DNA from: Escherichia coli
GTDB lineage: Bacteria; Pseudomonadota; Gammaproteobacteria; Enterobacterales; Enterobacteriaceae
NCBI RefSeq assembly: GCF_016026235.1
Contig: NZ_CP065613.1
Length of the DNA stretch: 64,000 nucleotides
Direction: 5' to 3' (one strand)
Shown piece by piece: positions 46,962-58,255 of the stretch. Each line of letters opens with the position of its first letter. The first letter of the stretch is position 1. The notes beneath the pieces are model-generated. The model ran no database searches and was not told the DNA's origin. It saw nothing but the letters and a program-made list of their open reading frames with translations. Both the position numbers and the translations under genes were made by a program.

Positions 46962-47657
46962 GTGAGCGAAATTAAAGACGTTATTGTTCAGGGGTTGTGG
47001 AAAAACAACTCTGCGCTGGTCCAGTTGCTCGGCCTTTGTCCTCTGTTGGCGGTCACGTCCACTGCCACTAACGCTCTGGGTTTAGGACTTGCGACTACGC
47101 TGGTACTGACGCTGACCAACCTGACCATTTCGACGCTGCGTCACTGGACGCCAGCCGAGATCCGCATTCCCATTTACGTGATGATCATCGCCTCGGTGGT
47201 CAGCGCTGTACAGATGCTGATCAACGCCTACGCCTTTGGCCTGTATCAATCATTAGGGATTTTTATTCCGCTGATTGTCACTAACTGTATCGTTGTGGGC
47301 CGCGCTGAAGCCTTCGCCGCCAAAAAAGGTCCGGCGCTTTCGGCACTGGACGGCTTTTCAATTGGTATGGGCGCAACCTGCGCCATGTTCGTGCTGGGTT
47401 CTCTACGCGAAATTATCGGCAATGGCACGTTGTTTGACGGTGCAGATTCGCTGTTAGGTAGCTGGGCAAAAGTATTACGCGTGGAGATTTTCCACACCGA
47501 CTCCCCTTTCCTGTTGGCGATGCTGCCACCAGGTGCATTTATTGGCCTGGGACTGATGCTGGCAGGAAAATACCTGATTGATGAAAGAATGAAAAAGCGC
47601 CGTACTGAAGCAGCTGCCGAACGTGCATTGCCAAACGGTGAAACAGGGAGTGTCTGA
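46962..47657 (+). CDS. rsxE: Rnf/Rsx complex subunit E
   Basis: 231-aa membrane protein (GTG start), NqrD/RnfE family. Confidence 0.9.
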   Translation: MSEIKDVIVQGLWKNNSALVQLLGLCPLLAVTSTATNALGLGLATTLVLTLTNLTISTLRHWTPAEIRIPIYVMIIASVVSAVQMLINAYAFGLYQSLGIFIPLIVTNCIVVGRAEAFAAKKGPALSALDGFSIGMGATCAMFVLGSLREIIGNGTLFDGADSLLGSWAKVLRVEIFHTDSPFLLAMLPPGAFIGLGLMLAGKYLIDERMKKRRTEAAAERALPNGETGSV

Positions 47658-48292
47658 TGAACAAAGCAAAACGCCTGGAGATCCTCACTCGCCTGCGTGA
47701 GAACAATCCTCATCCCACCACCGAGCTTAATTTCAGTTCGCCTTTTGAATTGCTGATTGCCGTACTGCTTTCCGCTCAGGCGACCGATGTCAGTGTTAAT
47801 AAGGCGACGGCGAAACTCTACCCGGTGGCGAATACGCCTGCAGCGATGCTTGAACTGGGCGTTGAAGGGGTGAAAACCTATATCAAAACGATTGGGCTTT
47901 ATAACAGCAAAGCAGAAAATATCATCAAAACCTGCCGTATCTTACTGGAGCAGCATAATGGCGAGGTTCCGGAAGATCGTGCTGCGCTTGAAGCCCTGCC
48001 CGGCGTAGGTCGTAAAACAGCCAACGTCGTATTAAACACTGCATTCGGCTGGCCGACTATTGCTGTCGACACGCACATTTTCCGCGTTTGTAATCGTACT
48101 CAATTTGCGCCGGGGAAAAACGTCGAACAGGTAGAAGAAAAGCTACTGAAAGTGGTTCCGGCAGAGTTTAAAGTCGACTGCCACCATTGGTTGATCCTGC
48201 ACGGGCGTTATACCTGCATTGCCCGCAAGCCCCGCTGTGGCTCTTGTATTATTGAAGATCTTTGTGAATACAAAGAGAAAGTTGACATCTGA
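47657..48292 (+). CDS. nth: endonuclease III (DNA glycosylase/AP lyase)
   Basis: 211-aa ORF; HhH-GPD fold with C-terminal 4Fe-4S Cys cluster (CIARKPRCGSCIIEDLC). Confidence 0.93.
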   Translation: MNKAKRLEILTRLRENNPHPTTELNFSSPFELLIAVLLSAQATDVSVNKATAKLYPVANTPAAMLELGVEGVKTYIKTIGLYNSKAENIIKTCRILLEQHNGEVPEDRAALEALPGVGRKTANVVLNTAFGWPTIAVDTHIFRVCNRTQFAPGKNVEQVEEKLLKVVPAEFKVDCHHWLILHGRYTCIARKPRCGSCIIEDLCEYKEKVDI

Positions 48293-48902
48293 AGAAAAGG
48301 GGTAACACCGATTACCCCATTGATAACCTTTCTTTATCCTCTTTTAAAACATCTTTTTAACGTCAATGATGCCATTGCTTAGCGTTATCATCAGGTAATC
48401 CGTTTGCGGATAACCAAAAATGCAGGTTAATTGTTTTTTTAATAGCGAAATTTTCTATTCATTCGTGATCAAGATCACGATGCTGTGGCAATGTAAAAAC
48501 ATTGCAAGAATCAGGTTAAAATCATTTAAATTTACACACGCAACAAATATTGACCTACAAAACATTACACTGGCTATTTTTCAGAAACTGGACTATCTCA
48601 CTAGGAAAAACGCTAAATAGCAGAACATATCGCCGTCAAGCCATCATCCCCCTCTCAATGCAGTGAAAAAATCTGCCGTTACGTTTTTTGAAAAATTTAA
48701 CGCTGGATAACATTTCCCGGAATGGTTGAATTCCCCGCCTCAGTTATATGTAACAGATTATTACAAAGGACTTGTCTGAAAGTGCAAGATAGTGAACATT
48801 ACCTGCCGTTTCCCCTCCCACTATAACAATTGCGCGTATGTTTTTTAGACATAACGCGAGAAAGCACCCCCGTTAATATGGGATGTAAAAAAAGAGGTAA
48901 AA

Positions 48903-50405
48903 GTGTCCACTGCAAACCAAAAACCAACTGAAAGCGTCAGTTTGAACGCTTTCAAACAACCGAAGGCGTTCTATCTCATCTTCTCGATTGAGTTATGGGA
49001 ACGTTTTGGTTATTACGGCCTACAAGGAATTATGGCTGTTTACCTGGTTAAACAACTGGGTATGTCTGAAGCGGATTCAATCACCCTTTTCTCTTCCTTT
49101 AGTGCCCTGGTTTATGGTCTGGTCGCTATCGGCGGCTGGTTAGGTGACAAGGTACTGGGTACTAAACGCGTAATTATGCTCGGCGCTATTGTGCTGGCGA
49201 TTGGTTATGCTCTGGTTGCCTGGTCTGGTCACGACGCCGGTATCGTTTATATGGGTATGGCGGCTATTGCGGTCGGTAACGGCCTGTTTAAAGCTAACCC
49301 GTCTTCTCTGCTTTCTACATGCTATGAGAAAAACGACCCGCGTCTGGACGGTGCATTCACCATGTACTACATGTCCGTCAACATCGGCTCTTTCTTCTCT
49401 ATGATTGCTACGCCGTGGCTGGCCGCGAAATACGGCTGGAGCGTTGCGTTTGCATTGAGCGTTGTAGGCCTGCTGATCACTATCGTTAACTTCGCCTTCT
49501 GCCAACGCTGGGTTAAACAGTACGGTTCAAAACCAGACTTCGAGCCTATCAACTACCGTAACCTGCTGCTGACCATTATTGGTGTTGTGGCACTGATCGC
49601 TATCGCCACCTGGCTGCTGCACAATCAGGAAGTTGCGCGTATGGCGCTGGGCGTTGTTGCCTTCGGTATCGTGGTTATCTTCGGTAAAGAAGCCTTCGCG
49701 ATGAAAGGTGCTGCGCGTCGTAAAATGATCGTTGCCTTCATCCTGATGCTCGAAGCCATTATCTTCTTCGTGCTGTACAGCCAGATGCCAACGTCACTGA
49801 ACTTCTTTGCGATTCGTAACGTTGAACACACCATTCTGGGCCTGGCCGTAGAACCTGAGCAGTATCAGGCACTGAACCCGTTCTGGATCATCATTGGTAG
49901 CCCGATTCTGGCCGCTATCTATAACAAGATGGGCGATACCCTGCCGATGCCAACCAAGTTTGCAATCGGTATGGTGATGTGTTCTGGTGCGTTCCTGATT
50001 CTGCCGCTGGGTGCGAAATTCGCGTCTGACGCAGGTATCGTGTCTGTAAGCTGGCTGGTCGCGAGCTATGGCCTGCAGAGTATCGGGGAACTGATGATCT
50101 CTGGTCTGGGTCTGGCAATGGTTGCACAACTCGTTCCGCAGCGTCTGATGGGCTTCATTATGGGTAGCTGGTTCCTGACCACTGCCGGTGCAAACCTGAT
50201 TGGTGGTTATGTTGCGGGTATGATGGCTGTGCCGGATAACGTTACCGATCCGCTGATGTCACTGGAAGTCTATGGTCGCGTATTCTTGCAGATTGGTGTC
50301 GCTACTGCCGTTATTGCAGTACTGATGCTGCTGACCGCGCCGAAACTGCACCGCATGACGCAGGATGACGCTGCAGACAAAGCGGCGAAAGCAGCCGTAG
50401 CGTAA
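48903..50405 (+). CDS. dtpA: proton-dependent di/tripeptide permease (POT family)
   Basis: 500-aa ORF (GTG start) with the POT signature region [10 protein letters not shown]... and ExxERFxYYG-like motif ([10 protein letters not shown]). Confidence 0.92.
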
Positions 50406-50426
50406 AATTCAGGGAAACTCTTTTAC

Positions 50427-50461
50427 AAGCCGCTAACTTTTCGTTAGCGGCTTTTTTTTTG
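50427..50461 (+). terminator. Rho-independent terminator of dtpA
   Basis: Hairpin aagccgctaac-tttt-cgttagcggctt followed by a T9 run. Confidence 0.8.
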
Positions 50462-50510
50462 TTCAGCAACGCACTACCATACTTTAAACCACAGACAAAA
50501 GGAGTTACCG

Positions 50511-51116
50511 ATGAAATTGTTCTACAAACCGGGCGCCTGCTCTCTCGCTTCCCATATCACCCTGCGTGAGAGCGGAAAGGATTTTACGCTCGTCAGTGTG
50601 GATTTAATGAAAAAGCGTCTCGAAAACGGTGACGATTACTTTGCCGTTAACCCTAAGGGACAGGTGCCAGCATTGCTGCTGGACGATGGTACTTTGCTGA
50701 CGGAAGGCGTTGCGATTATGCAGTATCTTGCCGACAGCGTCCCCGACCGCCAGTTGCTGGCACCGGTAAACAGTATTTCCCGCTATAAAACCATCGAATG
50801 GCTGAATTACATCGCCACCGAGCTGCATAAAGGTTTCACACCTCTGTTTCGCCCTGATACACCGGAAGAGTACAAACCGACAGTTCGTGCGCAACTGGAG
50901 AAGAAGCTGCAATATGTGAACGAAGCACTGAAGGATGAGCACTGGATCTGCGGGCAAAGATTTACAATTGCTGATGCCTATCTGTTTACGGTTCTGCGCT
51001 GGGCATACGCGGTGAAACTGAATCTGGAAGGGTTAGAACACATTGCGGCATTTATGCAACGTATGGCTGAACGTCCGGAAGTACAAGACGCGCTGTCAGC
51101 GGAAGGCTTAAAGTAA
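50511..51116 (+). CDS. gstA: glutathione S-transferase
   Basis: 201-aa [23 protein letters not shown]..., a GST N-terminal thioredoxin-like fold. Confidence 0.92.
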
Positions 51117-51159
51117 TAGCCATCGGCCCACAGATCGTTGTGGGCCGAAATGAGATAAT

Positions 51160-52023
51160 TCAGAGCTTTGTTGCGCTGAAGTAATGTTCTGGTTTGGCAA
51201 TACGATCCTGAGCAGCCACCACTTGCAGCTCATATTCCTGCATTGCTTTGGTGGTCACCATGATTTCGTAGACTGCAGCGGTCACATGTTCCAGGGCCTC
51301 CTGCAGCGTTGCCCCCTGAAGCAGTTTCACCAGCAGTAAACCGCTCGTCACATCACCAACACCTACCGGCTGGCGCATACCAAAATCCACCAGCGGACGG
51401 CTGATATGCCAGGCTTCATCGGCGGTGACCAGCAGCATTTCAAAACGGTCACGGCTGTAGCCAGCTCGCGCCAGGTGTTTAACCAACACAATTTGTGGCC
51501 CTTGCGCAATGAGTTCGCGCGCTGCCAGAACCGCTTCTTCGACGTTATTTACCGCATGCTCACAGAGTATTTCCAGCTCAACCAGATTCGGCGCAATGAT
51601 ATCGCTGGCAGGCAAACCGTGCCGCACATGAAACTCTGCGACACCCGGTGCAACGATACAGCCTTTTTCCGGATGACCCATTACCGGATCGCAAAAATAT
51701 TTCGCCTGCGGATTCGCTGCTTTCACCTGACGGACGATACCGAGGATATGTTCACCCTGCTCCGCCGATCCCAGATAGCCACTTAATACGGCATCACAGG
51801 TGTGTAATTTATCAATGGCGGCAATGCCTTGCACAATTTCGGTTAAATGGCTGGGCGGCATCACGCAGCCAGTCCATTTGCCGTATTGGGTGTGATTAGA
51901 AAATTGAACGGTGTTCAGCGGCCAGACGTTCGCGCCCAGGCGGCGCATCGGAAACTCTGCCGCACTGTTACCCGCATGACCATAAACAACGTGAGACTGG
52001 ATAGCGAGAATATTTTTCATCAT
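51160..52023 (-). CDS. pdxY: pyridoxal kinase 2
   Basis: 287-aa ribokinase-family ORF; downstream of tyrS in the pdxH-tyrS-pdxY cluster. Confidence 0.9.
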   Translation of the reverse strand: MMKNILAIQSHVVYGHAGNSAAEFPMRRLGANVWPLNTVQFSNHTQYGKWTGCVMPPSHLTEIVQGIAAIDKLHTCDAVLSGYLGSAEQGEHILGIVRQVKAANPQAKYFCDPVMGHPEKGCIVAPGVAEFHVRHGLPASDIIAPNLVELEILCEHAVNNVEEAVLAARELIAQGPQIVLVKHLARAGYSRDRFEMLLVTADEAWHISRPLVDFGMRQPVGVGDVTSGLLLVKLLQGATLQEALEHVTAAVYEIMVTTKAMQEYELQVVAAQDRIAKPEHYFSATKL

Positions 52024-52081
52024 GTTCCCTGTATAAAAACCAGGGGGAGTGATTTCTCACTCCCCCTTTCCACTTAATGCA

Positions 52082-53356
52082 TTATTTCCAGCAAATCAGA
52101 CAGTAATTCTTTTTGCCGCGACGCAGTAAGGTAAAACGACCAAACAGACGATCTTCTTCTTTAAAGAAGTATTCAGGAGCGGACTGTTTTTCACCGTTAA
52201 TGGTGATGGCATTGGAGGCGATAGTTTTACGCGCCTGACCACGGGAAGGTTGCAGTTCAGAATCGACCAGCGCCTGCATCAGGTCTGCGCCCTTTTCCAT
52301 CTCAACCATCGGTACGCCGTCCTGCGCCAGCTGTTCGAAGTCCGCTTCACTCAGCGCACTCAAGGAACCGCTGAACAGGCATTCGGTAATACGTTTTGCC
52401 GCCTGTAAACCTTCTTCACCGTGAACCAGACGAGTCACCTGCTCCGCCAGTACATACTGGGCGCGCGGTGCTTTACCGCTGTTTTTATCTTCTTCTTCCA
52501 GGGCGTTGATCTCTTCAATGCTCATAAAGGTGAAGAACTTCAGGAAGCGGTAAACGTCGGCATCCGCAGTGTTGATCCAGAACTGGTAGAATTTGTACGG
52601 GCTGGTTTTCTTCGGATCCAACCAGACTGCGCCGCCTTCAGTTTTACCAAATTTGGTGCCGTCTGCTTTGGTGATCAGCGGAACGGTCAGGCCAAACACC
52701 TGATTCTGATGCAGACGACGGGTCAGGTCGATACCAGAAGTGATGTTACCCCACTGGTCAGAACCACCAATTTGCAGCACCACACCGTACTGTTTGTTCA
52801 GACAGGCGAAGTCATAACCCTGCAACAGGTTGTAGGAAAACTCAGTGAACGAAATCCCCTGATCTTCACGGTTGAGACGCTGCTTAACCGCTTCTTTGTT
52901 GATCATCTGGTTAACGGAGAAGTGTTTGCCAATATCGCGCAGGAAGGTCAGCACATTCATATTGCCGAACCAGTCATAGTTGTTCGCCGCGATAGCAGAG
53001 TTTTCTCCACAGTCGAAATCGAGGAACGGGGCAACCTGCTTGCGGATTTTGTCCACCCACTCCTGAACAGTTTCTTCGGTGTTCAGCTTACGCTCGGCAG
53101 CTTTGAAGCTCGGGTCGCCAATCAGACCCGTCGCGCCGCCTACCAGCGCAACCGGCTTGTGGCCCGCCTGCTGGAAGCGTTTCAGGCATAACAATGGAAC
53201 AAGATGCCCCAAATGCAAGCTGTCAGCGGTAGGATCGAAGCCGCAATAGAGCGCGATCGGGCCTTGCGCCAGTCGCTCTGCTAACGCTTCCTCGTCCGTC
53301 ACCTGGGCTACCAGCCCCCGCTCTTGCAATTGTTTAATCAAGTTACTGCTTGCCAT
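52082..53356 (-). CDS. tyrS: tyrosyl-tRNA synthetase
   Basis: ORF 52082..53368; start set at [11 protein letters not shown] (424 aa); class I HIGH motif (HLGHLVP) and KMSKS-like motif (KFGKT). Confidence 0.93.
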   Translation of the reverse strand: MASSNLIKQLQERGLVAQVTDEEALAERLAQGPIALYCGFDPTADSLHLGHLVPLLCLKRFQQAGHKPVALVGGATGLIGDPSFKAAERKLNTEETVQEWVDKIRKQVAPFLDFDCGENSAIAANNYDWFGNMNVLTFLRDIGKHFSVNQMINKEAVKQRLNREDQGISFTEFSYNLLQGYDFACLNKQYGVVLQIGGSDQWGNITSGIDLTRRLHQNQVFGLTVPLITKADGTKFGKTEGGAVWLDPKKTSPYKFYQFWINTADADVYRFLKFFTFMSIEEINALEEEDKNSGKAPRAQYVLAEQVTRLVHGEEGLQAAKRITECLFSGSLSALSEADFEQLAQDGVPMVEMEKGADLMQALVDSELQPSRGQARKTIASNAITINGEKQSAPEYFFKEEDRLFGRFTLLRRGKKNYCLICWK

Positions 53357-53484
53357 CAAAATCTCCATGTATATAACGACTGCACCTTTGCCGGTACACG
53401 ACTTTTCGCCAGATGCGAAAGAGACATAGAATAAAGTGCCAGAATCAGGAGTACCAGCGATTAAAGCAAGATTTTTGCATCTTT

Positions 53485-54141
53485 TCAGGGTGCAAGACGA
53501 TCAATCTTCCACGCATCATTTTCACGCTGGTACAAAAAGCGGTCATGCAGGCGATGCTCACCACCCTGCCAGAACTCAATCTGTTCAAGGCTGACGCGAA
53601 AACCGCCCCAAAAGCTCGGCAATGGCACTTCGCCCTGTTGAAACTTCTGCTTCAGCTCCAGGAATTTACTTTCAAGGATACCGCGGGCAGAAATGCGACT
53701 GGACTGCTTCGAAACCCATGCACCAATCTGGCTATCACGCGGGCGGCTATGAAAATATTTCATCACTTCGAGAGTCGAAAGTCGTTCCGCTTTACCGATC
53801 ACCATCACCTGGCGCTCAAGGGTATGCCACGGGAATAGCAGGCTAACGCGCGGATTATTTTCGATTTGATGTGCTTTACGGCTGCCGAGGTTGGTGTAAA
53901 ACACCATGCCTTTTTCGTCGTAATGTTTGAGTAAAACGATGCGTTGATAAGGCTGAGCATGTTCATCCACGGTAGCGACCACCATCGCGGTAGGGTCTGC
54001 CAGTTTGGCTTCACACGCCTGAGAGAGCCAACGTTCAAAAAGGGTTAATGGATCGGCGGGAAGATCGCGACGGCGTAACCCGCCTTTGGTGTATTCACGG
54101 CGCAGATGCGCGATTTGCTGCAATTCGTCGTTATCAGACAT
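53485..54141 (-). CDS. pdxH: pyridoxine/pyridoxamine 5'-phosphate oxidase
   Basis: 218-aa FMN-binding split-barrel ORF; upstream of tyrS. Confidence 0.92.
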   Translation of the reverse strand: MSDNDELQQIAHLRREYTKGGLRRRDLPADPLTLFERWLSQACEAKLADPTAMVVATVDEHAQPYQRIVLLKHYDEKGMVFYTNLGSRKAHQIENNPRVSLLFPWHTLERQVMVIGKAERLSTLEVMKYFHSRPRDSQIGAWVSKQSSRISARGILESKFLELKQKFQQGEVPLPSFWGGFRVSLEQIEFWQGGEHRLHDRFLYQRENDAWKIDRLAP

Positions 54142-54199
54142 GGTTTTCTTTACGGATTGTCAGTGGGTGACGCTATTGTGCGCCGCCCATGGAAAAATC

Positions 54200-54529
54200 T
54201 CAACGCTGTGGATTTTGTAACTGACAGTTATTCAAGACGATGCGGTCGCGTTTATAGACAGTCGCTTCCTCGCCTTTCGACCAGAAAACATAGATTCCGT
54301 CAGTGTAACGTGCACCAGACGCTGAAATGCCCTGTTTGAGATGCAGTAGTTGATTATCGTAAACAAAACTGACTTCCTGGCGCGGATTATTCAGTTTGAC
54401 CGTCAACGGTTTTTCATCACACTGGTATTCCAGCGTAGCGGTTTGCATGTGCTCAACCAGTTGATTGAACGCGCTACAGCCGGTGAGAAGCACCGGCAAA
54501 CAGATCAGTAACAGTTTTTTCATAGACAT
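54200..54529 (-). CDS. mliC: membrane-bound lysozyme inhibitor of C-type lysozyme (lipoprotein)
   Basis: 109-aa ORF with lipoprotein signal peptide and lipobox (LTGCSA). Confidence 0.85.
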   Translation of the reverse strand: MSMKKLLLICLPVLLTGCSAFNQLVEHMQTATLEYQCDEKPLTVKLNNPRQEVSFVYDNQLLHLKQGISASGARYTDGIYVFWSKGEEATVYKRDRIVLNNCQLQNPQR

Positions 54530-54626
54530 TTCCCGAAGACTTTCCTGGTCTGGAGGGCAATACGCCCTCCCTAACGTTCCAAGTGTAACGGCAGACGCGG
54601 TAAGAAAAATTCAGTTAACTCTGATA

Positions 54627-55736
54627 TCACGGGTTAGCAGGGAAAATAGCCCCCAGTACCGTCTCCTGGCTTGCGCCAGTGACGGAAGGCAGATTTCCTG
54701 GTAATCCCGCCAGCGTCCGCCAGGCAAGCCAGGCGAAAGCCAATGCTTCCATGTCATCGCCACTAATGCCAACGGCATCGGTGGTGGTGACTTCTGTGCC
54801 TGGCAGTAATGCCGCCAGACGCGCCATGAGTAGCGGATTACGACTACCTCCACCACATACCATCAATCGTTCGCAGCCACCGCTCAACAAAACTTGTTCA
54901 GAAATGGTCACGGCGGTGAGTTCTGCCAGTGTGGCCTGAACATCACGGGGATCAACACCCGGAAAATGGCGTAAATGGCGCTCCAGCCAGCCGTAGTTAA
55001 AGTATTCGCGTCCGGTGCTTTTCGGTGCAGGTTGCGAGAAATATGGGGCGCTGAGCATATTTTGCAGCAGTGGGAGAATAACTTTACCCGCCCGTGCCCA
55101 CTCGGCATCTTTATCGTAAGGTTTACCGGCCTGACGCCAGATCCAGGCATCCATCAGCATGTTACCAGGACCGGTATCGTAGCCGCCAACCGGCTGCCCA
55201 GGAATGAGCAGTGACAGATTGGCGATGCCGCCAATATTGAGCACCATTCGTCGCTCGGATGGGTGAGCCAGCAAGGCATGATGGAACGCAGGTACCAGCG
55301 GTGCGCCTTGTCCTCCCAAGGCAATATCGCGACGGCGAAAATCACCGACAACCGTAATTCCGGTGCGTGCCACAATTTGATTGTTATCGCCAATCTGTAA
55401 AGTGTGTGGTGCCACGCCCGTCGGTTCATGCCAGACGGTTTGACCGTGACAGCCGATCGCAACTATATCTCTCGCCTGCAGGTTTTGTTCCTTAAGCAAG
55501 GCATTGACCGCATCAGCAAAAAGTCGCCCGAGTTGAGTATCAAGCTGTCCAAACTGCGAAAGTGTAAGCTGCTGGCCCTGGCAAATATCCAGTACAGCCT
55601 GTTTCAGAGACACCGGGATCGGCCAGCTCAAACTTGCCAGCTGTGCGACCCGGTGTTCATCAATTGTCGCCAACACAACATCAACACCATCAAGGCTGGT
55701 GCCTGACATAACGCCAATAAAGCGGCCCGATTTCAT
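54627..55736 (-). CDS. anmK: anhydro-N-acetylmuramic acid kinase
   Basis: 369-aa [26 protein letters not shown]...; ASKHA-fold kinase. Confidence 0.9.
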   Translation of the reverse strand: MKSGRFIGVMSGTSLDGVDVVLATIDEHRVAQLASLSWPIPVSLKQAVLDICQGQQLTLSQFGQLDTQLGRLFADAVNALLKEQNLQARDIVAIGCHGQTVWHEPTGVAPHTLQIGDNNQIVARTGITVVGDFRRRDIALGGQGAPLVPAFHHALLAHPSERRMVLNIGGIANLSLLIPGQPVGGYDTGPGNMLMDAWIWRQAGKPYDKDAEWARAGKVILPLLQNMLSAPYFSQPAPKSTGREYFNYGWLERHLRHFPGVDPRDVQATLAELTAVTISEQVLLSGGCERLMVCGGGSRNPLLMARLAALLPGTEVTTTDAVGISGDDMEALAFAWLAWRTLAGLPGNLPSVTGASQETVLGAIFPANP

Positions 55737-55869
55737 AGTTCATCCTTTTTCAATCTGACGTTTGCGCACCACTCAAACATAAACTTTTCGTGAATACCAT
55801 GCGGAATGACCGATTTTTACCGTTGGTAGTAAAACATTATCTTCAAATCAATAATCATCATGAATGTTT

Positions 55870-55886
55870 TGTTTATAATTGGTTGA
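55870..55886 (+). promoter_or_regulatory. PhoP box upstream of slyB
   Basis: TGTTTA-taatt-GGTTGA direct repeat with 5-bp spacer matches the PhoP box pattern (T/G)GTTTA-N5-(T/G)GTTTA with one mismatch; slyB is a known PhoP-activated gene. Confidence 0.5.
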
Positions 55887-56009
55887 TCCTACTTTCATTA
55901 TGATTTGCTCATATTTGGTAGAACATGTAACCATGGATTCACATATGCCATATACTTTGACCATGAGGGATGCTTGCGTGGCGTTTCATGGTGAACAGGA
56001 GATTTTTCA

Positions 56010-56477
56010 ATGATTAAACGCGTATTGGTTGTTTCAATGGTAGGTCTGTCTCTTGTCGGTTGTGTTAATAACGACACCCTGTCAGGGGATGTTTATACCG
56101 CTTCTGAAGCGAAACAAGTACAGAATGTCAGCTATGGAACCATCGTTAACGTACGTCCGGTACAGATTCAGGGCGGTGATGATTCCAACGTTATCGGTGC
56201 AATTGGCGGTGCTGTTCTTGGTGGTTTCCTGGGAAATACTGTTGGTGGCGGAACCGGGCGTTCTCTGGCTACTGCAGCAGGCGCTGTTGCAGGTGGCGTA
56301 GCTGGTCAGGGCGTACAGAGTGCAATGAACAAAACGCAAGGTGTCGAGCTGGAAATTCGTAAAGACGATGGTAATACCATCATGGTGGTACAGAAACAAG
56401 GCAACACTCGTTTCTCTCCGGGCCAACGTGTCGTACTGGCCAGCAATGGCAGTCAGGTGACCGTTTCTCCGCGCTAA
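56010..56477 (+). CDS. slyB: outer membrane lipoprotein SlyB
   Basis: 155-aa ORF; lipoprotein signal (LVGCVN) and Gly-rich segment. Confidence 0.9.
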   Translation: MIKRVLVVSMVGLSLVGCVNNDTLSGDVYTASEAKQVQNVSYGTIVNVRPVQIQGGDDSNVIGAIGGAVLGGFLGNTVGGGTGRSLATAAGAVAGGVAGQGVQSAMNKTQGVELEIRKDDGNTIMVVQKQGNTRFSPGQRVVLASNGSQVTVSPR

Positions 56478-56485
56478 ATAAGTTT

Positions 56486-56513
56486 GCGTGTGGTCAGGTT
56501 ACTGACCACACGC
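56486..56513. terminator. stem-loop between convergent slyB and slyA (putative bidirectional terminator)
   Basis: 12-bp perfect inverted repeat gcgtgtggtcag-gtta-ctgaccacacgc; no flanking T-run, so termination function is uncertain. Confidence 0.45.
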
Positions 56514-56523
56514 CCCCTTCATT

Positions 56524-56964
56524 TCACCCTTTGGCCTGTAACTCAATGATATTATGCTCAAGTTTTGCGATGAGCGTAATCAGTTGTTCCAGTTCCTCTG
56601 CGGAGATGCCATGTAAGATTTCCGCGCGGGTTTTGTTAATAACAGCTTCCATTTCGCTGATCAGTGGCTCTGCCTTTTCCGTCAGTTTAATACGTTTAGC
56701 CCGACGATCGCTGGCACAAGTTTGACGCGAAATTAACCCTTTTTCTTCCAGTTGGTCCAGAGTACGGACCAGTGATGGCTGCTCGATGCCAATCGCTTTT
56801 GCCAGTTGAATTTGCGACTGGTCTGGAGGTAACTGATGGATATTGTGTAACGTAACCCAATGGGTTTGTGTTAACTCCAGCGGTTTCAGGCGATGGTCTA
56901 TCAGAGCACGCCATATGCGCACCAACCGTGCCAGATCAGAACCTAGTGGTGATTCCAATTTCAT
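56524..56964 (-). CDS. slyA: MarR-family transcriptional regulator SlyA
   Basis: 146-aa ORF (annotated start may be 2 codons downstream); MarR winged helix. Confidence 0.9.
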
Positions 56965-56974
56965 CTCCTTATAA

Positions 56975-56986
56975 TTAGCTTGCTAA
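56975..56986 (-). promoter_or_regulatory. SlyA binding site in the slyA promoter region
   Basis: Plus-strand TTAGCTTGCTAA is the reverse complement of the SlyA consensus TTAGCAAGCTAA; it lies ~10 bp upstream of the slyA start, consistent with autoregulation. Confidence 0.55.
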
Positions 56987-57158
56987 GATATTATGCGGCT
57001 TTTAGAATAGTGTGCAGCAATTGTATTGCTAAAACAAATGTATTGCTGCATTTGGTTACCGTCAGACATATTTTTCAGAAATTGCGCGTAAATTTTTCGC
57101 ACTTAAAGAATATTTATTAATCTAACGCAATATATTCGGTCGTAAAGGAATCTACTTT

Positions 57159-57395
57159 GTGAAGTTTATGCTCAATGCAACAGGATTGCCCTTACAAGAT
57201 CTGGTGTTCGGTGCGTCCGTCTACTTTCCTCCGTTTTTCAAAGCCTTCGCGTTTGGATTCGTCATCTGGCTTGTCGTACACCGCCTGCTTCGTGGCTGGA
57301 TCTACGCCGGTGACATCTGGCATCCCTTGTTAATGGATTTATCGCTGTTTGCGATTTGCGTTTGCCTTGCTCTGGCAATACTGATTGCGTGGTAA
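57159..57395 (+). CDS. ydhI: small inner membrane protein (DUF1656)
   Basis: 78-aa two-TM ORF preceding ydhJK. Confidence 0.75.
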
Positions 57396-57397
57396 CT

Positions 57398-58255
57398 ATG
57401 TCAATTAAAACAATTAAGTATTTCTCAACAATCATTGTAGCGATAGTTGCGGTTCTTGCCGGATGGTGGCTGTGGAATTATTACATGCAATCTCCGTGGA
57501 CACGCGACGGGAAAATACGCGCAGAACAGGTTTCTATCACCCCACAGGTGTCGGGACGTATTGTTGAGCTGAATATAAAAGACAACCAACTGGTTAACGC
57601 GGGGGATCTTCTGCTCACGATCGATAAAACGCCCTTTCAGATCGCCGAGCTGAATGCACAGGCTCAGCTGGCGAAAGCGCAATCTGACCTCGCAAAAGCC
57701 AATAACGAAGCGAATCGTCGTCGTCATCTCTCACAAAATTTTATTTCTGCCGAAGAACTCGATACCGCTAACCTCAATGTTAAAGCGATGCAGGCCAGTG
57801 TTGATGCCGCACAGGCGACGCTGAAACAGGCACAATGGCAACTGGCGCAAACGGAAATTCGCGCCCCAGTGAGTGGATGGGTGACTAACCTTACTACCCG
57901 CATCGGCGATTACGCTGATACCGGGAAACCGCTGTTTGCCCTTGTCGACAGCCACTCGTTTTACGTCATTGGTTATTTTGAAGAAACCAAGTTGCGCCAT
58001 ATCCGCGAAGGTGCACCAGCACAAATTACCCTCTATAGTGATAACAAAACGTTACAGGGTCACGTTTCCAGTATCGGTCGGGCGATTTATGATCAGAGCG
58101 TTGAAAGTGACTCAAGCCTTATTCCGGATGTGAAACCTAACGTCCCCTGGGTTCGTCTCGCCCAACGCGTTCCCGTCCGCTTTGCGCTGGATAAAGTTCC
58201 AGGCGATGTCACGCTGGTGTCGGGCACCACCTGTAGCATTGCCGTAGGTCAATAA
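57398..58255 (+). CDS. ydhJ: HlyD-family membrane fusion protein
   Basis: ORF 57356..58255; start set at MSIKTIKYF (285 aa); N-terminal TM anchor, coiled-coil and beta-barrel domains. Confidence 0.85.
   Translation: MSIKTIKYFSTIIVAIVAVLAGWWLWNYYMQSPWTRDGKIRAEQVSITPQVSGRIVELNIKDNQLVNAGDLLLTIDKTPFQIAELNAQAQLAKAQSDLAKANNEANRRRHLSQNFISAEELDTANLNVKAMQASVDAAQATLKQAQWQLAQTEIRAPVSGWVTNLTTRIGDYADTGKPLFALVDSHSFYVIGYFEETKLRHIREGAPAQITLYSDNKTLQGHVSSIGRAIYDQSVESDSSLIPDVKPNVPWVRLAQRVPVRFALDKVPGDVTLVSGTTCSIAVGQ

Noticed and set aside
48420-48620. 66-aa ORF in the AT-rich nth-dtpA intergenic region
   Set aside because: No ribosome-binding site or recognisable domain; it is an AT-rich promoter-type region in which chance ORFs are common, and I recall no gene here in K-12.
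48728-48743. gaattccccgcctcag resembling the insertion-sequence junction, as a possible second copy or solo end
   Set aside because: Only a short partial resemblance; no matching inverted repeat or transposase sequence nearby.
51124-51147. Inverted repeat cggcccacag-atcg-ttgtgggccg between convergent gstA and pdxY as a terminator
   Set aside because: No adjacent T-run on either strand; it could be a REP-like or Rho-dependent element, but the evidence is too weak to call.
53330-53350. Apparent in-frame stop near the 5' end of tyrS when I translated the printed sequence by eye
   Set aside because: The ORF track reports an intact 428-aa open frame ([13 protein letters not shown]...), so this is most likely my own reading or indexing error; it also shows that coordinates I derived from the text may be off by 1 bp.
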